Of a stretch of DNA of 33,223 bases, positions 22,254 through 32,043 are shown in pieces (the stretch's first letter is position 1; every line of letters begins with the position of its first letter). The notes beneath the pieces are model-generated. The model saw only the letters and a list, made by a program, of their open reading frames with translations. It ran no database searches and was not told the origin of the DNA. The stretch covers positions 17,090,454 through 17,123,676 of the forward strand of contig NC_069008.1 of the NCBI RefSeq assembly GCF_001194135.2, in the 5' to 3' direction. Both the position numbers and the translations under genes were made by a program. The DNA comes from Octopus bimaculoides (Eukaryota).

Positions 22254-23291
22254 GTAAGTTTATGTCTCGTTTAGTTTGATTGATTAGTGTGGGAGAATAA
22301 AGCTTGATGAGTGGCTGAGAAGACTGACACGTAATGAAACAAACAGGGGTTCAATATCTACCTTTTGCAGTTTAACCTATGTCTATGATATATATATATA
22401 TACAAACACACACACACATATNNNNNNNNNNNNNNNNNNNNNNNNNNNNNNNNNNNNNNNNNNNNNNNNNNNNNNNNNNNNNNNNNNNNNNNNNNNNNNN
22501 NNNNNNNNNNNNNNNNNNNNNNNNNNNNNNNNNNNNNNNNNNNNNNNNNNNNNNNNNNNNNNNNNNNNNNNNNNNNNNNNNNNNNNNNNNNNNNNNNNNN
22601 NNNNNNNNNNNNNNNNNNNNNNNNNNNNNNNNNNNNNNNNNNNNNNNNNNNNNNNNNNNNNNNNNNNNNNNNNNNNNNNNNNNNNNNNNNNNNNNNNNNN
22701 NNNNNNNNNNNNNNNNNNNNNNNNNNNNNNNNNNNNNNNNNNNNNNNNNNNNNNNNNNNNNNNNNNNNNNNNNNNNNNNNNNNNNNNNNNNNNNNNNNNN
22801 NNNNNNNNNNNNNNNNNNNNNNNNNNNNNNNNNNNNNNNNNNNNNNNNNNNNNNNNNNNNNNNNNNNNNNNNNNNNNNNNNNNNNNNNNNNNNNNNNNNN
22901 NNNNNNNNNNNNNNNNNNNNNNNNNNNNNNNNNNNNNNNNNNNNNNNNNNNNNNNNNNNNNNNNNNNNNNNNNNNNNNNNNNNNNNNNNNNNNNNNNNNN
23001 NNNNNNNNNNNNNNNNNNNNNNNNNNNNNNNNNNNNNNNNNNNNNNNNNNNNNNNNNNNNNNNNNNNNNNNNNNNNNNNNNNNNNNNNNNNNNNNNNNNN
23101 NNNNNNNNNNNNNNNNNNNNNNNNNNNNNNNNNNNNNNNNNNNNNNNNNNNNNNNNNNNNNNNNNNNNNNNNNNNNNNNNNNNNNNNNNNNNNNNNNNNN
23201 NNNNNNNNNNNNNNNNNNNNNNNNNNNNNNNNNNNNNNNNNNNNNNNNNNNNNNNNNNNNNNNNNNNNNNNNNNNNNNNNNNNNNNNNNNN

Positions 23292-23330
<39 letters not shown>

Positions 23331-23332
<2 letters not shown>

Positions 23333-23783
23333 GTAAATTTTCAGATTAACACCCGTACGATTTTCACTAGGGTGTTAGGGTTAGGGTTACAATTAGGGTT
23401 TTAAGGTTAGGGTAAGTAACGTTCCTTGTCAGTTCTACTTTCACTTCTGACAGCTAATACCTATTTCTTTACTGCCCACAAGGGGCTACACACAGAGGGG
23501 ACAAACAAACAGATTAAGTCGATTATATCGACCCCAGTGCGTAACTGGTACTTAATTTTTCGACCCCGAAAGGATGAAAGGCAAAGTCAACCTCGGCGGA
23601 ATTTGAACTCAGAACGCAGTGGCAGACGAAATACCGCTAAGCATTTCGCCCGGCGTGCTAACGATTCCGCCAGCTCGCCGCCTTAATACCATGACAGTGC
23701 CGTAAACCCGAACCCAAACACTGACCCTAAAACCCTTACACCCTAGTGAAAATTGTGCGGGTGTTAATCTGAAAAAAATTACC
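23331..23783. mobile_element. MITE with ~55-bp TIRs and internal TTAGGG-like repeats, interrupted by a SINE
   Basis: Left GGGTAAATTTTCAGATTAACACCCGTACGATTTTCACTAGGGTGTTAGGGTT; rc of right GGTAATTTTTTTCAGATTAACACCCGCACAATTTTCACTAGGGTGTAAGGGTT. (TA)n flanks. Confidence 0.85.
23455..23684 (-). mobile_element. tRNA-derived SINE, near full length, nested in the MITE
   Basis: Minus-strand head AAGGCGGCGAGCTGGCGGAATCGTTAGC…GAGTTCAAATTCC (A/B-box-like). Its body is shared with 24928-25050. Confidence 0.85.
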
Positions 23784-23885
23784 TATATATGGTAGTAAGT
23801 AAATGTGTTTTAAAAAAGATTTAAGAAAAAAAAACACTCAGTTTGTAGGGAATAAATGTTTGTCGATCGTATTTGAAAAAGATGT

Positions 23886-24111
23886 GTCGCCATTTTGTTG
23901 TTATTATGGTGAAGGACGATGTTCGAAATGGAAAGTAAACTTACGATTCCCGCCAAGTAGAAGGTCATTGGTATCCATAGCTACGTATATATGTGTAGAT
24001 ATATGTATGTCTATCAATCAACGACGTGTATTCAGCTGAATATAATTACTGCCGTTGCTTGTTAATAACAACTTCCGGCGGTGTATATTTCGTTTGTCAC
24101 TCTTATTTATG
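23886..24111. promoter_or_regulatory. Candidate intronic promoter (YY1, E2F and ETS consensus sites)
   Basis: GTCGCCATTTTG (23886-97), TTCCCGCC (23947-54) and ACTTCCGG (24071-78) in CpG-rich unique sequence. Confidence 0.4.
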
Positions 24112-24168
24112 ACACCGTTCGTGCGTTTATACTGGTTTAATAATTCTGGACCCTTTTTCCTACAACAG

Positions 24169-24274
24169 GACCCCGTGAAAGCACAGACAGATATCGTTGC
24201 TGATGATGGAACTTGGTTTGACAGGTTTATGAAACTGGCCAACAGACTTTATGCTCAAGACTCGGACCATGCAG
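24169..24274 (+). CDS. C1orf87: C1orf87-like exon (106 nt; DPVKAQTDIVADDGTWFDRFMKLANRLYAQDSDHA)
   Basis: Acceptor tttttcctacaacAG, donor CAG|GTACAG. TWFDRFMKLANRLY closely matches recalled human C1orf87 TWIDRFRKLENALY. Confidence 0.92.
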
Positions 24275-24529
24275 GTACAGTATGGGCGTGCGTGTGTAAG
24301 TGCATGTGTGTAATATATACAGGGTGGTACAGGAAAAAGTATTCCAGGTTCCATAACTGTAAATACAGAAATAAATTTGACACTCATGAAAAGACTCCCA
24401 GCCTTTCATTTGCAACTGACATTGTGTTCTTTCGACAGCTTGTAAACGTCTGAACACAGATGGCACACTAGTTAACTGTCTGCTGTTATCCTCACTACAT
24501 TATTTGATTGAAAGATTACATTGAGTGGT

Positions 24530-24632
24530 TCAGCAAAAGAGACCAATGGAATAAGTCCTGCAGCCGATTTGCTCAACTAAAGGCGGTGCTCCAGCATGGC
24601 CACAGTCAAATGACTGAAACAAGTAAAAGAAT
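24530..24632 (+). mobile_element. SINE 3' module (family c)
   Basis: Homologous to 19720-19805. Confidence 0.8.
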
Positions 24633-24643
24633 ATATATACATA

Positions 24644-24927
24644 TTGGGTCGTCCCATAAATAATGTGGGGTTTTTTTTTTTCAATTGCATGAACTAAGAG
24701 TCGGAGGGGGACGGGATAAACTACCTGCATCAACTTGCTATAAAAGCTGGAAGTAATTTTACCTTGTGCTTATTCTTAGTGTAAGTTTTAAAGAGTGCAG
24801 ATCGATTTTAACAGTTATTTTTTCAAAGCTATAATGGAAGTGACAAAGGAGAATATTCTGCTTTATGAGTTCAATAAAGGCAACTATGCAACAGAAAGTG
24901 TGAGGAATATCAATGCAGTATATGGGG
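24644..24927 (+). pseudogene. 5' end of a mariner transposon with a decayed transposase N-terminus (MEVTKE.NILLYEFNKGNYATESVRNINAVYG)
   Basis: TA + TTGGGTCGTCCCATAAATAATG terminus; ATG at 24834. ILLYEFxKG..AT...RNI..VYG is the mariner (Mos1/Hsmar-type) first HTH motif. Truncated by a SINE at 24928. Confidence 0.8.
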
Positions 24928-25050
24928 CTGACTTTGCCTTTTATCCTTTTAGGGTCGATAAATTAAGTACCAGTGAAATTCTGGGGTCGATGTAATCGAC
25001 TGGTCCCCTCCCCAAAAACTTTGGGCCTTGTGCCTAGAGTAGAAACGAAT
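24928..25050 (+). mobile_element. 5'-truncated SINE
   Basis: GACTTTGCCTTTTATCCTTTTAGGGTCGATAAATTAAGTACCAG…GGGGTCGATGTAATCGAC matches the rc of 23455-23684. Confidence 0.75.
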
Positions 25051-25283
25051 ATTCACCCACATTCTCTTATGTCTGTCTGTTTGTCCCTGTCTCTCACATT
25101 TTCTTACCCTTTTGCTAGAATATCTCTTTTAATCCCCATTTAACTTATCTCCCACTGGACATTGTCCTGAGCTTNNNNNNNNNNNNNNNNNNNNNNNNNN
25201 NNNNNNNNNNNNNNNNNNNNNNNNNNNNNCATATTTCTCTCTTTTTATCTCTTTTCCAAACTGCCCTGGCCTCCCACCCACAG

Positions 25284-25450
25284 GTTACCTCCCCCTCGAC
25301 GATGTCTGGAGCCTTGTCCACGCCTGCAACAGCAAATACAACTTGGGGATGCCAGAGCTGAAGATTGAACACGCAATAACTGAATCACTGGACCACAACC
25401 AAGTCAACCTGCACAGCATGTTGAAGCAGCTCGGAGGAATATTGGGTTGA
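25284..25450 (+). CDS. C1orf87: C1orf87-like terminal coding exon (167 nt incl. TGA; GYLPLDDVWSLVHACNSKYNLGMPELKIEHAITESLDHNQVNLHSMLKQLGGILG*)
   Basis: Acceptor ctcccacccacAG; phase 1 join to the previous exon. Matches recalled GVLEKERARRLIHNYNLIYNLSLSPQKIDQAL, and the stop falls at the equivalent position. Not in the ORF track. Confidence 0.9.
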
Positions 25451-25928
25451 GGGCCAAGGACCACCACCGCTGCTGCCACCCCTCGCATCTGGGGGGGGGA
25501 GGATTGGTGAGAGGGAGAGGAGTGAGGGGGAGGGCAGTGAGATAATGTGGTGTTATTGTTGTTGTTGTTATTGTTGATGTTGACTTTTAAGAGTGAATGA
25601 CCCCTGGAGGGGAAGAAAAAGGATTGAGTGCATAAGTGTGTGTGCGCGTGCGTATGTGTGAGCGACCATATATATATATATATATATATGAGTGTATGTA
25701 TGTGAGTATATGTATGTATGAGTGTGTGTGTGAGGGGAGTTTGTGTGTGCATGTGGGTTTTCTATGTGTGCATGTGTGTGTGCTTGCATGTATGTGTGTG
25801 AATGTTAGTGGGATTGAGTGAGTGAATGAGATTAACTGAATGTATGAGTGGTGAGTGTTAGTACTGTGGTTGCTTGACCTGCTAGAAATAGCAGGTAAAT
25901 TTTCTCAGTTCACATCCTGGCACTCCAT

Positions 25929-25934
25929 AATAAA
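25929..25934 (+). terminator. First canonical AATAAA downstream of the C1orf87-like stop (candidate poly(A) signal)
   Basis: AATAAA ~480 nt after the TGA, with a second near 25978. Motif only. Confidence 0.3.
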
Positions 25935-26134
25935 ATATTTCCAATTCCTAAACGTTGCCCTTTTATAAGAAAAAGGAATAAATAACAGTGGAGGAGGGTT
26001 AAGTCTGTTACACACGTGAGAATGGATGTTATATATGTGTGTGTGTGTGTGTATGTACATATGATGTGTATATATATGCATATGTATATATATATGCATA
26101 CGTGTGTGTACATATATGCATGTGTATGTAATGA

Positions 26135-26176
<42 letters not shown>

Positions 26177-26218
26177 TGGAATGTGCAAAAGTCATGGGTA
26201 TGCAACTGGTGAATAGTC

Positions 26219-26331
26219 ACATAGATATATTACCATAAGTCAAGCTTCCTTCGGGAGCAAATGCTGGCAAAACCGTTTGACAGTTTTCCGCCCTGATGAA
26301 GGAAGTTAGACTTATGGTAACATATCTATGT
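26219..26331. repeat. Long inverted repeat / hairpin (34-bp arms plus structured interior)
   Basis: 26219-26252 vs 26298-26331: 31 of 34 Watson-Crick pairs, 1 G-U and 2 mismatches. The interior adds CTG-G-CAAA[ACCG]TTTG-A-CAG. Confidence 0.9.
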
Positions 26332-27394
26332 CAGTAAAATACCGAGGAAATGTGCTGCTGGCTTTCTGAAACACGTGTATAGTAAAGCATAAATGTACAC
26401 ACGCATATAGATATGTGTATGCGTGTATGTATGTGTTTGTGTGTAAGTATGTATGTGTTTTAATAAAATTGTTCCCTTTTCAATGACATCATGTTTGTTT
26501 TGTTTTCATTTCATTAGTTATCGTTAAGCTAGTGTTAGGAACATAAATTGTGACGAAGGTTTGCTGGAAGATTTTAATTCAAAACTTTTGAAAACAAGAC
26601 ATTTGTACTACAGAGCCAGAAGGGGTTTCAGCCGTGTTGGATATCGAAAGGGTTAAACACACCTCCACATTTGGGCAGATGCCATAGTAGAAGACCTGCC
26701 CCAGGCCTCACAGAGTGGGACTGAACCTGGAAGCAAGCGGTTTGGAAGCAAACTTCTTACCAGAGCAAGAGTTGGTCAATAAAAGAAGACAACACTAAAT
26801 TAATGAACCTTAATGAATGCAACACAAAAATGTTAGAATAACCAACAACAACAGCAATGTTTTAAACAGTGATTGTTTTTTTTATTTCAACTAAGATTTA
26901 TTTATTATTGTTATAATAAAATCGCCCTTGTGGCTATAATAAAGAAAGAATTATTATTATTATTATTATTTATTTATTATATAATAGACGTTTAAAAGCG
27001 TTTAGACCAAATGACGCCTTCAGTGAGGAGAGGGGGATGGCGGAAGAGCAGGAATGGGGAGGGGAGAGATGGGTGTGGCCTACCACACACTCACACATAT
27101 ATATATATGCACGCACACACAGTTCACAAAACAATGTTTATACTGTACATATACATCCACACAGGCTTGGTAACTATAAAGATTGATATATTGACAGAAG
27201 TGAGGGCGGGATATGATTGGCGGCAGGGGTGGGGGGTGGGTTTACCTGTGATTGGGGAAGGAGGGAGAAAAAAAATGATAAAGCAGGATTTAGGGCTGCA
27301 CATAGATACACGTGGCGGACACATACATACACACACCCTTGCACAGGAATTGGGTCCCTTCGGAGAAAGATGAAAGTGGGAGAGGCACACAGAC

Positions 27395-27905
27395 AGATCA
27401 CATAGCGACAACGGTGTCCCTTGGGAGATGTAGATAGAAGGGAGACATACACACACAGCAACTGGGTCCCTTTGTAGAGAGAAGTGGAGAGGACACACGG
27501 ACAGACCACATAGCAACTGTGTCCCTTGAGGGGACACACACANNNNNNNNNNNNNNNNNNNNNNNNNNNNNNNNNNNNNNNNNNNNNNNNNNNNNNNNNN
27601 NNNNNNNNNNNNNNNNNNNNNNNNAGTGGAGAGGACACACGGACAGACCACATAGCAACTGTGTCCCTTGAGGGGACACACACTGCAACTGGGTCCCTTT
27701 GTAGAGAGAAGTGGAGAGGACACACGGACAGACCACACAGCAACTGTGTCCCTTGAGGGGACACACACTGCAACTGGGTCCCTATGTAGAGAGAAGTGGA
27801 GAGGACACACGGACAGACCACATAACAACTGTGTCCCTTTGTAGAGAGAAGTGGAGAGGACACACGGACAGACCACATAGCAACTGTGTCCCTTGAGGGG
27901 ACACA
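27395..27905. repeat. Minisatellite, 85-bp unit, interrupted by an N gap
   Basis: CAACTGGGTCCC…GAGAAGTGGAGAGGACACACGGACAGACCACA.AGCAACTGTGTCCCTTGAGGGGACACACACTG; unit starts at 27686 and 27771. Confidence 0.92.
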
Positions 27906-28100
27906 CACACACGAACACATGACAGAGGAGTTATCAGATCTATGTGTGATGACAATGTGCCTAACAATGAGAGCTAGGAGTCAGATACCCCAGCATAGAG
28001 GGACGAGCACAAGGAAGCTGTGTCTGGGAGTGAGCGGCAGGACATCGATGAGCTGGGTACTCGTGTATCCGGGTACATGCAGAGACATACCTATATTTCT

Positions 28101-28131
<31 letters not shown>

Positions 28132-28164
28132 ATCAGTTGATGGTCTGGTTTTCATGTTTTATGG

Positions 28165-28355
28165 ATTTTAACATTAAAAAAATATTTTGTAACGTTTATA
28201 AAAGTGAAGTTAGCACTTTCAAACGTTTATCAGATTTCAGATGTGTTTAAACTGACAACTGAGTTCTTGACTTTCGAAATCTGATCATTCCTCTTGTCTA
28301 TGAAAGGGCTAATTTAACTTCGAGCATTACCAAATATTTTTTTTAATGTTAAAAT
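28165..28355. mobile_element. Palindromic MITE-like element (~190 bp)
   Basis: Outer TIRs ATTTTAACATTAAAAAAATATTTTGTAA / TTACCAAATATTTTTTTTAATGTTAAAAT. Inner inverted blocks TTAGCACTTTCA/TGAAAGGGCTAA and ATCAGATTTC/GAAATCTGAT. Confidence 0.7.
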
Positions 28356-28546
28356 ACCAGAATAATAAAAAAGTGGAAAGCAGGCTATGTTTTAATTTTA
28401 TTCAACTGATATATTATTCTATACACATTCACACAAATGTGTGTATATACATATATATATTATAATATAGGATAAATTCTTTATAAGAATTTATCAAGTA
28501 GTCAACGTGAAAAAGAGGCATTGATACACAGTTAATGCCCTTTATA

Positions 28547-28589
<43 letters not shown>

Positions 28590-28593
28590 GATT

Positions 28594-28790
28594 ATGGCCT
28601 AGTGGTTAGGTGCGTTGCACTCACAAATCGTGGAATCATGGTTTCGAATTACAGACTGAGCAAGGCATTGTTTTCTTGAGCAAAATACTTCATTTCACGC
28701 TGCTCCAGTCTGCTCAGCCATAAACGATTAACTCGGCGATGGACTAGCCTTCCAATCAGGGGGTTTGTTGGCCTGCTCATCTAGCTAGAG
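28594..28790 (+). mobile_element. Diverged tRNA-derived SINE (family d)
   Basis: TGGCCTAGTGGTTAGG…GGTTTCGAATT…TTGAGCAAAATACTTCATTTCAC..TGCTCCAGTC, as in 20638-20880. Confidence 0.7.
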
Positions 28791-28940
28791 GAGTAGCATC
28801 ATTCAAAAGCCGAAATAATGCAAAGCGCATTGTGACCAGTGATGTATAACGACATTTGATAGGCAGGTTGCTCACATGATATATATATTTTTTTCTCTTT
28901 TACTTGTTTCAGACAGACACACAAACATACATATACATAC

Positions 28941-29095
28941 GATGGGCTTCTTTCAGTTTCCATCAACCAAATCCACTCAGAAGGCTTTGGTCAGCCCAAG
29001 GCTATAGAAGAAGATACTTGCCCAAGGCGCCACGCAGTGGGACTAAACCTGGAACCATGTGGTTGGGAAGCAAGCTAGTTACCACTCAGCCACGC
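28941..29095 (-). mobile_element. tRNA-derived SINE (family b)
   Basis: Homologous over its full length to 2721-2875. Confidence 0.85.
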
Positions 29096-29684
29096 TATTC
29101 TAGTTTCTTTCTTTCGGCCATTTTGCTTTTACATCTACTTATCCATGCTGGCATGGGTTAGATGAATGCCTATGACTGGAGCATTGTTTTACAACCAAGA
29201 ACCCCTACCTGTCACTAACCTCAGTCTCGTTTTCAAGTAAGGGCTCTCTTACTCCATGTGGCTTCTTATGTGTGAAGCGAGCAGATGATTTGCCGACATG
29301 GGGAACCGATAACAACATCAACATTCGTAAGAAACAATTTCTATGGGACACAAATGCAAATAGACACACACACACACACACATTCAAAAGGCTTCTCTTA
29401 GTTTCCAAAGACACACACGCCTTTGTAAACGACTGACAGAGGGCCTGTGTCAAAAGTGCCTGGGATAACAAGTGGGATGGCACTCTTGGTGTTTGTGGTG
29501 GAAGTACAGAGTAAAACAGCACACACACACACTCTCTCTCTTCCGCTTGTAGTCCTTGCTGATAATTCACACACATGACTGTGTAGATGTGTGTGTATAA
29601 CTTGACCTCGTTTGAACTAGCTTCAGTTTGTGGTCATGCTGGGGCACCACCTGGAAGAATATATACACATATATTTATACATAC

Positions 29685-29739
<55 letters not shown>

Positions 29740-29840
29740 AATATAATCAGATTGGAGCCTGGTGTAGCCATCCGGTTTCACCAGTCCTCAGTCAAATCGT
29801 CCAACCCATGCTAGCATGGAAAGCGGACGTTTAAACGCCG

Positions 29841-29880
<40 letters not shown>

Positions 29881-30949
29881 CATACATACATACATATATA
29901 TATATATACAGGCACATACATATCAACGAACACATATGAATCCTTATAGACACATATATACACACACACACACCTCTCACTGTATTTCATATATATATAT
30001 ACACACATACACACACATATATATACATACATATATATATGNNNNNNNNNNNNNNNNNNNNNNNNNNNNNNNNNNNNNNNNNNNNNNNNNNNNNNNNNNN
30101 NNNNNNNNNNNNNNNNNNNNNNNNNNNNNNNNNNNNNNNNNNNNNNNNNNNNNNNNNNNNNNNNNNNNNNNNNNNNNNNNNNNNNNNNNNNNNNNNNNNN
30201 NNNNNNNNNNNNNNNNNNNNNNNNNNNNNNNNNNNNNNNNNNNNNNNNNNNNNNNNNNNNNNNNNNNNNNNNNNNNNNNNNNNNNNNNNNNNNNNNNNNN
30301 NNNNNNNNNNNNNNNNNNNNNNNNNNNNNNNNNNNNNNNNNNNNNNNNNNNNNNNNNNNNNNNNNNNNNNNNNNNNNNNNNNNNNNNNNNNNNNNNNNNN
30401 NNNNNNNNNNNNNNNNNNNNNNNNNNNNNNNNNNNAGTGATTAGTATGTGTCTGTTTCATGGAGGAGAGAGATGAATGAGATTAAATCACACACACACAC
30501 GCATATATATGTGCATGTATATATATATATATATATATATACATACATACATACATACATATATATATATATACAGGCACATACATATCAACGAACACAT
30601 ATGAATCCTTATAGACACATATATACACACACACACACCTCTCACTGTATTTCATATATATATATACACACATACACACACATATATATACATACATATA
30701 TATATGTATATGTATGGTAGAATCAAGCTGTATGTATGCATGTGTGAATGATTACTATAACTATACATATGCGAGTGTATATGCACATACACACACATAT
30801 ATACCCATGATTTAACCACCTGTGTATAGTGCCAATGCAGACATGTACGCACGCACACACATACCATCACTTGCATATAAGTGTTTATACACATACATAC
30901 ACATGCATATATTTACACACACACACATATATATATACTTATATATACT

Positions 30950-30981
<32 letters not shown>

Positions 30982-31294
30982 GGTGTGAATACACATATAC
31001 ACACACCATGAGTCACTGGTCCATGAAGGGCAGGTGAAGGAGGGGCGAGTCACAGACAGACAAGACAAACAGAAAGCTAAATGTATAGATGGCCCAGGAT
31101 TATGCTATACACAGTATGCACGAGCAGGGTGTATATGTGACAATAACGAAGGAGTGCATGTATGTATGTGTATGTGATCATGTAGGTGTGCCTCTGTGCG
31201 CTTGCATGCGTGTGTATGTTATGTATGTATGTGAGTCAACAATCCTTGCAGACATTATCACAAACAGACACACGGACAGACGGACAGTTTGTCA

Positions 31295-31559
31295 TCAATA
31301 GTAGTTGCTACGGTAACCGCCACGGTAACCAGAATTCCCACCATAGTTCCCCCGTCCTCCCCCGCGGTTGTTGCGCCAGTTGGGGTCAAAACCACGGTTC
31401 GGTGGTCCACCACCTCCTCCCCCTCCTCGGTTGCGTTGGTCGTAAGATTTCGGTCCTCTGTAGTCTCTACTGCCACCATATTGTCCTGGGTTCGGCCCTC
31501 GATAGTCTGGGCCTGGGCCACCATATTGGTTACTGCCTCGCTGGCCGTGGGCATTACGA
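31295..31559 (-). CDS. Unidentified gene, terminal coding exon (265 nt incl. TGA; NRNAHGQRGSNQYGGPGPDYRGP…RGGGRGNYGGNSGYRGGYRSNYY*), RGG/[GS]Y low-complexity tail
   Basis: Minus-strand acceptor tttccatctctttcAG. The phase-2 join with the upstream exon is in frame with ORF 31295-31744. Composition is typical of RNA-binding IDRs. Confidence 0.85.
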
Positions 31560-31998
31560 CTGAAAGAGATGGAAACAGACATAAACACATTAGCATCATC
31601 ATCATCATCACCAACAGCATTATCAGCCACATTACAAGAACCACTACCGCTACCGTTACCGTTACCATTCTTAAAGACCCCCCCCCCCTTGCCAATTTGT
31701 ATTTTTTCTTCCAAAATTTTCGTTGCTAAATTCAATAAAGACAAAAGTTGTCAATTTACTTTATTCGTTACAAGTTAACGACTTTCCTCAGTTTGATGAG
31801 ATCTCGTTTTATTTTTATTTTAATAACCATGTGGAATATAATTACTGCCAGAGGTTAAATTTGGTCGGTTGATTAAGTTACCCCATCATCCCCTTGACTG
31901 TTCCCTACCCCACCCAAAAAAACCTAGCGCCCCTTTTTGGGGGTCGGTACCACTCATGCTGAGAACATCTGCCCTGGAGAGTGGAAAGATCAGTGATA

Positions 31999-31999
<1 letters not shown>

Positions 32000-32043
<44 letters not shown>

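Larger units (their letters stand above)
881..30435. other. Assembly gaps (N runs): 881-1385, 4211-4965, 5583-6313, 8474-8499, 9857-10676, 11728-12129, 13795-14073, 15502-15665, 19588-19602, 22422-23291, 25175-25229, 27543-27624, 30042-30435 (approximate ends)
   Basis: Direct inspection; many abut microsatellites, as expected for a short-read assembly. Confidence 0.97.

Noticed and set aside
25285-25752. 155-aa minus-strand ORF
   Set aside because: Antisense shadow of the C1orf87-like terminal exon, extended through microsatellites.
31258-31778. Overlapping ORFs on both strands (31258-31695, 31289-31729, 31569-31778), and likewise 32644-32958 and 32651-32863
   Set aside because: These are shadow frames of GC-rich low-complexity exons plus flanking trinucleotide repeats; only one frame has matching splice phases.
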